NCBI GenBank assembly: GCA_051362555.1
Contig: CM120647.1
Coordinates: forward strand, 9,114,001-9,178,000
Direction: 5' to 3'
DNA length: 64,000 nt
Source of the DNA: Lingula anatina
Taxonomy: Eukaryota; Animalia; Brachiopoda
The position numbers and the translations under genes were made by a program. The notes beneath the pieces were generated by a model. That model was not told the origin of the DNA and made no database searches. It saw nothing but the letters and a program-made list of their open reading frames with translations. Position 1 is the first letter of the stretch. Every line of letters starts with the position of its first letter. Below, in pieces: positions 12,344-24,364 of this stretch.

Positions 12344-15300
12344 ATGGCAGAGGCAGATAATAGTACTAGCCCTGGCAACCGATTGCAGGACACCAGTCTC
12401 ATGAAGCCTGCAGAAGACCTTGGCAGTAGTCTTAGCAACAATAACCATGGCAACGACAGCAGTGTTTCTAGGTCCATGGAGGATCTGGTCAAGGAGTTGT
12501 TGAACAAACATAACCAAATTGTGCAGAGTACGTAGACATGTAACAACAACACTTAGGGTTCATTCCCAAGGAAACTGTTGCTCTACTAGTACTTAGATCG
12601 ATCCAACTCCATGGGAATCTTGATGAATGCAATCAGATCAACAGATTAATTTGTTTCACAGTCAGAGGTGTTTTTATAGTTTGTAGTATTACTGTAATAA
12701 TGATAACATATATTTGGAAAACTACCTCTTTACAAGAGGGTCACCACAGGGTGAGGGGGGTACCACAGGGTTGGGGGTCACCACAGGGTGCGGGGGTACC
12801 ACAGTGTTGGGAGGAGTACCACAGGGTTGGGGGAGTACCACAGTGTTGGGGGGGGGAGGGCACCACAGGGTTGGGGAGAGTACCACAGGTTTGGGGGGAG
12901 TACCACAGGGTCCATTGTTCCACTGGGGTGTGCCTTTGTTTTGCAGTATCAACAAGTTACTTGTGTAACTGAACTGTGTAACTTTATTCTTGTATTTGTC
13001 TGTTTCTTAATTTCCCTAAATTTCCATATATGTTGTCTATTTACTAACATTTCATACTTACCATTTCACACTGTCATTTAATGTATATTTATTTGATAAA
13101 ATAAAATTTAATTGAAATAATGTAGTTTTGATTTGAATTTATATAGATATTATTTTAATTTGAATATCAATTTTTAAATACAGGCCACCACAAAGAGGCG
13201 ACTCAATACAAGACCAAGCACGAAAATGCTGTCAAAATGATGGAGCACCTGAATTGGAAGATGAGTGAGCTTTACAAAAGTTATAAGAAACAAAAGTTGG
13301 ATAATCTTCTACTACAGGAGAAACTGGTCCAAGTAGAGCACAGATTTAGGTAAAAGCCAATGCAACACCATTTGTATACACAAAGCAAATCTGTACATAT
13401 ATATATTACTAAATAGCAAATACTTAAGTATGTTGTCACCACCCCTATTTTTTTTTTTTTTTCGAGTAGGTAACGTCCAATTTTATGGCTGGACGGTTTG
13501 CTAATTTTTTTAGTAAACCACTTGCCTCCCGATTTCACAGTCTTTTTACTTTCTCTAAATTTTTTGAAAAAAAGAACTTATTCAAGAAGAGAACACTAAA
13601 AAAACATTAGACTTTACCGGGGTCAAAACAGAATTTGGGCAGGACTGGCCAATACGGACCAGTGGACCTTAGAGGTACTGGTCCGTACCAAGAAGTACTG
13701 GTCCGTAAAATTTTACGTTAAAAATTAGTAGTTTCAAGCTACTAGATATAACGTAAACGCATACATGTTTAACATCCATTTTTATTTCTATATGATTATC
13801 TAAACACATTCATATTCCAGTCAGTTCCTTTAACTGTTTGTACACATCCTCCTCTGCTATCTCATCATCATCATAATATATAAAAAATAAAATGGGTATA
13901 TAAAAAATTATTATGAAATAAATATAACTTCTACATATATCCATATTTCAATCTTAAAAAATTAATTTAATTTTAATTGCCGGGGTTGAACGCGAAACGA
14001 AAAAAACTTCTCTCAAACTTTACTAGCCCTAACCAAAAAACACTAGCCCAATTTAAATAATTCATTTAAAAAGTTTAAGCAGATGTTGTAAAGAGTTGTG
14101 GTACCATACTGTACTTTCTTGTAAACCTTATTATAGAAGTAGAGCAAGTGAATAACAAAGTCAATCAGGTTAATTTCCAGTTGATGGGGTGGTAAAATTA
14201 ATTAAAAAAATATTTAATTCTTTAAATATTGAAAAAAATTCTTTTTTTTTTTAATTTGTAATACTGAATATAGTTACCCTTACTTTTCATATTTTTATTA
14301 TATCTTTTTTTCCATTTTTTATATGCAATCAAATTTTTTTTTTAATTCCTATTCTTTTTATTGACAATGGCTCTTTTCTGACAATTTATTTCCAATTACA
14401 TCGGTATATAATGCCACTTCTAATTTAAAATACATAGGTGCTGTAAGGGTAATTAAACAAACGTCTTACAATTTTTTTGGTAACAATTCTTTTGGTTATA
14501 TATTTGTAAAAACAACTTTTCAAGGACTTTACCAGGACAAAGTGTGGAGGGGTAGCCATGGCATAAACCGAACTATCCCACATTGTCAAGAATAGTTCAT
14601 AGGGTATTTATGTAACTGCCATGTATTTACTCATGGACATTAAAATTATAAATAAAAAATATAAACAAAAAAGGAAATAGAACACTCCACCCCTCAGTCT
14701 GCTAAGTGGTCCTAACCTAAATGTTCTATGAGATAACGCATACATTACACTTGCTTCGGAGACAGTGTTGTTTTGACAAAACCTGTTGCTAGTACCAAAG
14801 AATTCTGGTCTGATCCAGTTTCTTGATTGACGGCAATTTGTAGTCATGACAACAAACTGGTCAAATAAAAAGATGCCGACACGCTGATCAGACAGACTGC
14901 TACTATTTATAACTACCGTGAAGTTATTTATAGCAACTAATCAATATTCAGTAGTTTGAGCTAGGTGTGAGTTTTTTCAACTGAGAGGCATATCATACTA
15001 TCTAGAAACGTCAAATTAGAGGCAGGGACAAAGAAGACTGGCGACTCATATTTTTGAAATCTTACTGAGTTTTAAAATAGGTTCAAAATTACAGCTAGTG
15101 CTTTATAAAATTTCAACTTTTTTACTAGCCCGGTGCCAGGGTTTGGCAACGATGTTCGGCACTTTCCAGCGGTCGCCAAAATGGACCAGTACCCCTGACA
15201 AGTAGTCGCCCGGGTCGTTTCTAAGTCGCATTGGCGAGTGGGCGACCGTCTGTTTCGACCCCTGCTTTATTTTTCTATGAGCTAATGAGCAAATGATTAC

Positions 15301-17308
15301 TAGTACGTCCTGTGTTTTGCACTTTATGTTACAATTAACCCCTGAAACCTCTTTTTCCCCATGATGTGTGGTCTGGTATTGGAACATGTATTTCTTTACT
15401 GGCAAACACACTGAAATGTCTGTACATGGCATATTGAAATCATATAATGCTTTTTAATAATAAGATAATGATATCAATTTTACAGAATTTTCATACTCAA
15501 TCCTTTATTTTTTTACCCAAATAATTAATCTGAAAAATTGAGTGAATTATGAATAATCGCTATTTCAATTATTATCATCATGGTTATTGTCAGCATTTAA
15601 TCAGTTGATTGATTGATTTATTTTTTTCTGTAGAAAATAATTCTTTTAACTTTATCTTACAGTAACGCGAAGTGCAGCTTGTGCCAGAAGGAAATTGACT
15701 CTTCAGAAAAGGAGGACAAAATTACAAGTGAGCAGAGTGACACCAGTCCCCAGGAAGAGGCTGGGTCACGGAGAGCAATACTGAAACTGAGGGGACAGAA
15801 GAGAACCAGATACAAAGAGGTATAGTTATTGCCTCAAAGAGACTATGGCTGCATTCAGAACAAGTTGAGCCAGGCTTTACAAATCCTGGGGACTAAATAT
15901 GGCGGTCGTACATGAAAGAAAAACCGCCTAATCTTTTAATAGTCTCTCTGCCTCTCACACGCCTCCCCACACGTCGTCCCTGCGGGGGGACAGTCATTAA
16001 ATCTCGGCTCCATTGGGACGACACATTGGGAGGCGTGTGAGAGGCAAAGAGACTATTAAAAGATTAGGCAGTTTTTCTTTCATGTACGTCCGCCATATTT
16101 AGTTCCAGGATTTGTAAAGCCTGGCTCAACTCATTGTGAATGCGGTCAAAGAGACCATGGCTGCATTCAGAACAACAGGCTAACTGATCCATGGATCAAA
16201 TATGGCCGTCCCACTTGATGGCTTGTTACGCAATCCACACGGGGAATCTATTCAATGTATACTTGTGGATAAGGAATAGATAACAAACTTTTTAGTGTGT
16301 CGCCATATTTGGGCCATTGGCTAATTACTCTGCTGTTCTGAATGGGGTCTTTAACGCAGTATAAAGTATGAAACAAATTTCAAATTTTAAGCACCCAAAG
16401 AGGAGACAATAAGGCAACAGTGAAGATACTGTGTTGGTAGATAAAACTTATTTGCATGTAGTAATGTATGAGTAATTGAAGGATAATAAAAGCAAAGTCG
16501 TATATTTGCAAATGAATGTTATGGGCATCATCTTAGATAGCCAAAAGTCTCATATTTGTATTAAGTCTCCTGTAATTTTGATAATGACTAATTTGGGAAG
16601 TTTCCATCTTTGCTTAAATTGTCTTTCAGGACCCACAGGTAGATTCCAAAAAGATGAGATCAAGTATCGATGATGAAAGTTCATCCCAAAATGCAACGTG
16701 CATCAGCCAAAGCCAGAAAAGCCTTGCTACAGCTAAGAAACCAACTTCTCTTGGGGCCACTGTTGGAGATATTTTGACCAAGGATCTCAGAGAGGGAGAA
16801 ACGCAGTTCTTAAAGACACAAAAAATTTTGGCGCCAGAGACATGTGCTCTTGACCTAATTGATCCCATCAATGAAAGTTTCAATGAAAATATTTCAGTTA
16901 AAGACATAATACTGAAAGGACTTGAGGAGGATGAAACTCAGAGAAGAAAACCTCAAAACGTTTTGGCATTAGAGACTTGCCCAGAAGAGACAATCCCAGA
17001 ATGCTCCACACTAGAGACATCTCATAACCTTGACCTCTCACATGACCTTGAAAACAGAAAGGTCATTGCCACTGAAAATGAAACAGAGAAGAAAAAAATT
17101 GGTTATGAGTTGGGAAACACTCTTGAATGTACTGATTTGGGCTCAGAAGAGGAGCTTCAAATGGTAGCAAAACGTAAAAGGGATAGAATAGGGCAAAAAC
17201 TAGAACAAAATAAGTCTTTTCATAGATTGACAGACAGAACAAGTCCTATTGAGGAAGGTATCCAGACCTTGATAACAAGAGTTCCAGAAACTGTCAATAT
17301 TGAAGACC

Positions 17309-17340
<32 letters not shown>

Positions 17341-20300
17341 AATGATGATGCAAAGTCCAATGCAGACAACAGTCAAAATTGTATTGCTATGGACAATTAC
17401 AAGAATTCCACCAAACATATTTATACTGCATATGCACAGCAAGATGCCACCATTACCAATCATTGCCTTACAAATGAAGACGACAGGCATAACAAGAAGG
17501 CGGTTACCAGGAAGACAGTTAAACCAATCAACGAGGTCTACGAACAAAAGGAGACACAAAGCCATGGTTACAAAATGAAAAGAAGTGATGGTGATAATCT
17601 ATTTGATCAGAGTGTTGTTAGCCCCCCTTCTCCCCCTCATGCCAGCACCCCTGTGGAACACCAAATCCACAGAAAACAATATGGTGGACATCCCCAAAAT
17701 GTCTTTACCTCTTCCCCCATTGGTAACAGCATTGTTGAAGGTGGACTGTTATCAGATTTGGGCATAAATGAAGAAGAAAATGGTTGTAGAGGTGAAGGAA
17801 AAGTCAGCAGTGCCAGTGGTCATGGGAACCGTAGCCAAGACAACTGTAACCAAGGCAATCAAAATCAGGAGATATATAACCGTGGCAACGAGTTGCTTTC
17901 TAAAAGGGATGAACATAATTCCAAAGATAAGAGACAAACTGTGACTGAGAATGAATTGGAGTCTGAAAAGAAATCTGCCAACTCCCAAAGGAAAGCTACC
18001 AGACTTGTGCGCCACTGCAGCAGCACTGATGAAATTGACTCAGAAATACCTGCTTCTCCAATATTTGGCAAACAGAACAACACCGATGGTCCAAATGATG
18101 TCAAATCTCCAGCTTTGTTTGATGATGATGATGATCATGGTCAAGTGACTGTAGATCAGCCACATAGGCAATACGAATCACCATTCAAGAGAGGCAAAGG
18201 ACCTGTCAAGTCCAGAAAACTTTCCCCAGGGATTGAGGGGTATGAAAGCGAAGAGTCACCTCTAATGTTTAAGAATATTGCCAATTTAAAACGTGGTTGG
18301 AAACCAGGACAGAAAAAGTCAAAATTGCCTGATGGTGAAAGGACATTGTCTCCACCTGGTGGTAAAACTAGACTTTTCATAGAATCAGGAGTTAGCGCGC
18401 CTCAGTCCAAGTCTCAACAATCTTTAGGGCCGTCTCGCAGATTTGAAGGAATTGATGGAGAAGACGATGAAAGAACTCGACCAAAAGCTCAAGAGCAGAA
18501 CCAAGAGAAGTTTGTTAAGAGGAGATCAAAGAGACTACAGATGTTAGAAGTACCTTTCAGTGTGTCTCCACCGAGCTCTCCAAACCATATGAGGAAAAAT
18601 CAGAAAAAAGAAGAACGGAAGCTGCTCCGTCAGTCTACTTTGACCCAGGGCTTCTTCTCACCGAAGAAGATCCCAGTGTCCATTCTAGCAAATTATAATG
18701 GTGGCGTTCTCAAATCTGAAGCTGGTAAATTTGAGGAAGAGGATTTGAAGAAGGCTATCTTGGAATCTCTGGCAGATGCCAAGAAGAATGAAGAAGAGGA
18801 TGATTTGGACCTAGCATTAAAATTATCACTACAAGAAAGCCACCGTGTTGAAAGCAGTAGCTCTGTACATGTAAACAAAGAAAGCTCTGCAGTGATTTCA
18901 AATGTAGGTGGTGATGCTGAGCAAGACAGTCCCTCTGCTGTGATACATAAAGAAGTCGATGAAAATACACCACCAAGGGAACAGTTTAAAAAGCCCAGAA
19001 CACCCATTGGTAGTCCTTCAGCAAAGCAACAGTGTGCCTCCAAAGCCCATAGCCCAAAAAGTTTAAGAAACCAGAGACACAAAAGTCATGCCACTTTTGA
19101 CCCCGATGAAACATGCTTGCCTTTTCTCACTCAGAGTCCTTCTGTGCCAATGATTTATCAGAATGAAGGCATGGACTTGAATGGTAGCATAGACCCAAGT
19201 GTGCGTCTCTCTGAATACGACATTGAGTCTCAAGATGAAACATTTTGTGATGATCCTCAGCAGGAAATGTCAAGGTCAAGGTCAGGGATGAGTTCAAATA
19301 TAGCATTGGGGTCAAGGTCACATAATATCACAGATGCAAATGCCAGCTTGGACACAAGTGAAACCCTTCTAAATTGCAATCGAGGGGCTGGTGCAGTTCC
19401 TATACCTGATTTAGAGGAAGAATCTCAAGAAATAGACTGTACTCACAGAAGCGTTACTTTTGGCAAAGTTGATAAACATATCAGAAAAGGGGAGGGATCC
19501 CAAATGATATCGAACAGAGAAAAAGATGACATAGAAACACAGCAGCATCAAGATGAAGAACCAAATCTGCAGAGAAACATAAAGAGCAAAGAGATGATCA
19601 GTAAAAGAGAGGGGGTTTTCAACAAGGGGAAGTGCCCCAGATACCATAGTGACAATGATGGTGATGTGACATTTAATGCAGCCTTAGACCTAGTGCATTC
19701 TGAGATGGATGAAGATTTGATGATGGAGAAAGGTAAATTTGATGATGAATCATGGGAATTTGCTTTTTCGGATCCTTTGGAGCCTAGGTTTTATTGATTT
19801 CTGCTTGCTTCAGTTCCATGTATAAAAAGAATCATAATAGAAATTAGACAAATGTTTTTCTTTGATTTAAGTGTCTATTTTTAAATTGGTCAATGGGATG
19901 TCTAGAAAATTTTGTCAGTTAGTACTGTAACACAAGTCAAGTCCATTTCCAGTTGAAATAGAAACAATCCTTGTTTGAACACATCTAAAGACGTGAAGTA
20001 TTTATATGTTAAATGTGTTCCACTAACTGCAATTCCTGTCTTGAAAAGATAAATAATCGAAACGTGATGTCCTTCCAGATGTTGCAGATTTACAATTGCA
20101 GGATGCAAATTTGCTAGAGGACAGCTTTGACAGGTAAGTTACCCACCAGATGGCGCCATAACTCAAAAGCATGGCATATTGCGAATAGCGATATCACATA
20201 CAGGCTACAATGTATTATATGGGGCAAGTATGGGTGAGTTATGGAATCGAGATGCTTGTGCTCAGTCGCAATGCACGATGCTTTAGAGTTACAGGGCCAA

Positions 20301-23300
20301 GATGGTCTTGTGGTTGATGTCTGCCTCCAAAGCAGGAGAACGTAGGTTTGACCCAGAGCACAATGTTTCATCCAATCTCTTGATTTATCTTGGATCAAAC
20401 TCATAGACAAAATTTTTTACCTTAAAAGTCACAAGAGATCTTCAGAACTTTTTATGTACAGACACAGATGTGTCTGTACATATAGCCATCATCTGCGTCT
20501 GTCGTCGCCGTCGCCGTCGTCGCCGTCGCCGTGCACTTTTACCGATAACACGATAAGTGGAAAACCATTTTACCTTTTGACTTGAAACTTGCAGAACTGA
20601 TGAATATTCATAATACGCAGGTCAAGTTCGAAAATCAGCATGATCGGGTCACTTTTAGGGAATTTATGCTGTTTTTTCACTTTTTTCAGCATATATGCAG
20701 CACTGATAACACGATAAGTGGAAAACCATTTTACCTTTTGACTTGAAACTTACAGAACTGATGAATATTCATAATATGCAGGTCAAGTTCGAAAATCAGC
20801 ATGATCGGGTTACTTTTAGGGAATTTATGCTGTTTTTTCACTTTTTTCAGCATGTATGCAGCACCGATAACACGATAAGTGGAAAACCATTTTACCTTTT
20901 GACTTGAAACTTACAGAACTGATGAATATTCATAATACGCAGGTCAAGTTCGAAAATCAGCATGATCGGGTCACTTTTAGGGAATTTATGCTGTTTTTTC
21001 ACTTTTTTCAGCATATATGCAGCACTGATAACACGATAAGTGGAAAACCATTTTACCTTTTGACTTGAAACTTACAGAACTGATGAATATTCATAATACG
21101 CAGGTCAAGTTCGAAAATCAGCATGATCGGGTCACTTTTAGGTAATTTATGCTGTTTTTTCACTATTTTCAATATAAATGCAACACTGATAACACAATAT
21201 AAGAAAAACGGATTGGCCAATTGTAATTATACTCACAGGAGTGGTCAATCTTACTAAAACGCAGGTTGAGTTCGAAAATAAGCATAATCGGGCCATTACT
21301 TAAGAAGTTTTACTGTTTTTTCACATTTCCTCAGATTCAGTTATTAGGCATGTTAACAGTCTCATTATTTAACTAATAAGATGCCTAAAAGTGTTTGTTT
21401 GATATTTCCTGCATCTTTACAACATTGTTAGTTGATTATGTAAAAAACATGGTAAACTTGTTATCATGTATTGTGTAATAAAGTGTCAAAAATGGAAATA
21501 AACTCATATCATTGCAGTTTGTCAGATTCAATCATCCACTATGTTCAGAATCTCAAAATGGAGGAAATTGGACATTTAACACTGTTCTATTGATACTTTT
21601 CCCATCTCATCAATTTTCTTAGTTGGACATATAAAAATGGCAGTAAAATGTTTATTTTGTTTTATGTTAAAAAAGTGTTAAAAATGGAAATAAACCCATT
21701 TCAGAGCAGTGCTGTCTTGTTTACATTTTGGCATTATCAAGGCGTGACTTTGAAGTTCCATGGGCCTGAAGACCTTTGCTAGTCACATTTTCTGAATATC
21801 TGTGATACAAATATTTTATAATTAAAAATTGATGGTCATTAAGCTGTTAAACATTATGTAATATTGCATCAAAATTTGAAGAAACCCCCATTTTGGGCAC
21901 TGCTTCCATGATGACCATTTAAGGAAAATCATGTCACTTACTGTTTTCAAACTTACAGGATAGAAACATGGGACTAAAATACAGCTTCAGTAGGCAATGC
22001 AGTCTGTTTTTTTTTTTTTGGCAGTTAAACAGTTTTTTGTGAAAATTTAATTTTTCACATATTGGCATTTTCAAGGTGTGACTTTAAAGTTCCATGATCT
22101 TGAAGACTTTTGCTTGTCACATTTTCTGAATGTCCATGTTACTAATATTTTATTAATAACATTTGATTGTCATTATGCTGTTAAACATTATGTAATGTTG
22201 CATCAAAATTTGAAGAAACCCCTATTTTGGGCACTGCTCCTATGATGACCATTTAAGGGAAATCATGTCACTTACTGTTCTCAAACTTACAGGAAAGAAA
22301 CATGGGTCTAACATACAGCTTCAATAGGCAACGCAGTCTGTTTGGTAAATTTTTCTGGCAATTTAACAGTTTTTTGTGAAAATTTAATTTTTCACTTATT
22401 TGCATCTTTATTTTCTGTTCTTTGTCTGTACATTTGACAGCTTTGCTGCCTTGTTTTACTTTTTGCTTTACTATAATTCATAATGCCATTTTTGAAAACG
22501 GTCTTTGTTAAATCTGTATTTGATTATTGTTGATTAGTTTAACTATGTATAGTTTGGTCACCGTCATTGTGAAAATGTACTTGCACCATGATAGAAAACT
22601 TTATTTTCCGTTTCTCTATGTCAGAGTACCAAAAGCTAAGGGCCCTGCGTACAAGTATGTGGATGTGGTGAGGAAGAGGGATGATAGAAGAAAACTAGAG
22701 GCCTTTGACTGCCCTGAATGTGAAGAGGTACAAGAATTAAATGGGGGTTGGAGGAAAGGGGGTGAGGGGGGGGGGGGTAAAGGGGGGTAGGGATTATATT
22801 CTTCATCTGTACAGGTGGATTTCATTGGAAAAAAATTAATGTAAAGTTATCTTTTCATTAGGTGCATTTCATTGGAAATAATTGAGTGTAAAGAAGACTT
22901 TTCATTATGAGATTAACTGGCTTACTGGTTTTCACTTGGCGTCAGTTATTGCTTTGGTGCAATATTTTACATAAAACAGTTGTTTTTTCAGTTTTGCAAG
23001 TTCTACCATTATGGCTGGTTAAATTCAAGTGTGGTTTATTCCCCATTGCTTTGCAGTACTTTAAGGACATGAATCTCACAGCAGAAGAGAAACGGGAACG
23101 TGCAAAGCAGTGTTCTCGCCATCGAGCAAAATATGTGCCTCCTAGTACACCGCCCCACTTCTGGGACATTGGTTTCCCTGACACCCAGGAGTGTAAGGAA
23201 AGAGGTAAGGCATAGTAATATGTGGAACGAGGTAAGGCAAGTGTAAGGAAAAAGGTAAGGCAAAGGAGTGTAAGGAAAGAGGTAAGGCATAGGAGTGTAA

Positions 23301-24364
23301 GGAAAGAGGTAAGGCATAGGAGTGTAAGGAAAGAGGTAAGGCATAGGAGTATAAAGAAAGAGGTAAGATGTAGGAGTGTGTGGAAATAGATAAGACAAGA
23401 ATGTATGGAAAGAGGTAAGACAGGAGTTTAAAGAAAGAGGTAAGGCATAGGAGTGTAAGGAAAGAGGTAACAAAAATACAAAGAAAGGGGTAAAACATGC
23501 GTAAGTATAAAGAAAGTTGAATAAAGATGAATGAGTGTAAAGAAAATGATAAGACAAAGGACTGTAAGGAGAGTGGTAAGACACCCAGGAAAGAGGTAAG
23601 ACAGGGAAACTTTTAAGAAATGGGTTTGCTGTAATAAGAAATAAGACTCGTCTAAGACAGAGAGAGAGATAGACAGAGGGAGGCAAATACAGGGTTCCCA
23701 TTTCACAACCCCGGTCTTGAACAGATATCATAGTTGACTTCACAGACAATTTTATAGAAAATATTCTACAGATGTGGCAAAGTCTACTGACTTGGGAATT
23801 CCGATGGACTTTCCGGTTTAAGATAAAAACAAACCATTACTTGAAAGCTGGAATGCAGGGATCTAAGAGCGCATTCCCAGAGATTAAGATAGATCCATCC
23901 GGATCGACCTAACTCCCTAGGGGTTCACGCTAAATTGCAATCAGCCAAGCGCACACGATAGTTAATTACCCCCTTACAGCTTTTAGTAGGGGGGGACAGA
24001 TGCTTAAGCCAGCTAAGCTCACAGTAATCTAGTGAGACTCCCCACAGGGATAGATCAATCTAAAATCTGTGGGAATGTGGTCTTATAGAAAGTTGTTTGT
24101 GTCAAAAGAAAAAGAAACTTATTTTATGAGAAGTAACTTAATAAATATGTATTTATTTGTATGTCTACTTGGTTATGTATCAAGAATTATCATTTAAAGT
24201 TGGGGGGGATGATACATTCTTGCTGCTTGAATTTATTTATATTTTATAATTACAGTATATTTATTTATTTATATATATTTTCAGGTTACATCCGTGAGGC
24301 AACACAGAGGGGTCCCTCAGCCTATAGGAGAAGAAAGCCTTTAAAGCAGATATTTGACAGCTAG
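12344..24364 (+). CDS. RBBP8: DNA endonuclease RBBP8 / CtIP (Sae2/Ctp1 family), 8 coding exons, ~1331 aa
   Basis: Phase-consistent GT-AG exons: 12344-12527, 13184-13349, 15663-15819, 16630-19732, 20079-20133, 22625-22727, 23057-23204, 24285-24364 (3996 nt). The N-terminal coiled coil ends in CSLC (CxxC). SPIF is a BRCT-type SPxF motif. The C-terminal Sae2-like domain reads DSFDRVP..VRKRDDRRKLEAFDCPECEEYF..CSRHRAKYVPPSTPPHFWDIGFPDTQEC, with CxxC, RHR, and TP and TQ sites equivalent to human T847/T859. Confidence 0.95.
12738..12911. repeat. G-rich minisatellite (~19-21-bp unit GGGGAGTACCACAGGGTT) in an RBBP8 intron
   Basis: About 8-9 tandem copies of the (T/G)ACCACAG core flanked by G-runs. 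Explains the overlapping spurious ORFs at 12700-13081. Confidence 0.9.
13617..15264. mobile_element. ~1.65-kb non-autonomous hAT-like element in an RBBP8 intron
   Basis: TIRs CCGGGGTCAAAACAGA / TCTGTTTCGACCCCTG, 5-bp TSD CTTTA, subterminal repeats ACTGGTCCGTA and ACTAGCCC. Confidence 0.7.
15847..16147. mobile_element. Fold-back Harbinger-like MITE (family A)
   Basis: Long inverted arms (..AAATATGGCGG.CGTACATGAAAG.. / ..CTTTCATGTACGTCCGCCATATTT..). Same family as 31583-31870 and 51895-52196. Confidence 0.8.
16159..16349. mobile_element. Harbinger-like MITE (family B, GATCCGCGGA/CAAATATGGC core)
   Basis: Ends GGCTGCATTCAGAACA / TGTTCTGAATGGGGTC. Relatives at ~33025-33411, 42052-42340, 46582-47026 and 53387-53589. 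Confidence 0.65.
20449..22457 (+). mobile_element. Helentron-type non-autonomous element (HINE) with internal satellite arrays
   Basis: Starts in a T-run with ATGTACAGACAC..GTGTCTGTACAT, followed by a (GTCGCC)n microsatellite and ~5 tandem 161-bp units (starts 20541, 20702, 20863, 21024, 21185). A second ~340-bp duplication lies at ~21730-22390. It ends with the subTIR TGTCTGTACAT, a short hairpin and a T-run. Confidence 0.75.
23187..23600 (+). repeat. 27-bp minisatellite GGAGTGTAAGGAAAGAGGTAAGGCATA derived from the exon 7 / intron junction of RBBP8
   Basis: Near-perfect copies at 23265, 23292, 23319 and 23346, with decaying copies to ~23600. The first copy overlaps the exon end and its donor site. 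Confidence 0.9.
23868..24082. mobile_element. MITE (GCATTCCCAGAGATTTAGATCGATC family)
   Basis: Ends GCGCATTCCCAGAGATT / AATCTGTGGGAATGTGGTC. Relatives at ~34377, 35742-35955 and 36190-36393. Confidence 0.65.

Noticed and set aside
19787-19790. Alternative donor AG|GTTTTA joining directly to 22625
   Set aside because: In phase but weak, and it would skip the exon at 20079-20133 that encodes the conserved DSFDR.
16654-19797. 1047-aa ORF as a stand-alone gene
   Set aside because: It is internal exon 4 of RBBP8 (acceptor 16629, donor 19733), and the ORF tail runs into the intron.
20541-21330. Regularly spaced repeats as a CRISPR-like array (also 26200-27075 and 61136-64000)
   Set aside because: Whole units repeat with no unique spacers, the context is eukaryotic, and there are no cas genes.
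23036-23749. 237-aa minus-strand ORF with YLFPYTPMP repeats
   Set aside because: Antisense translation of the 27-bp minisatellite.
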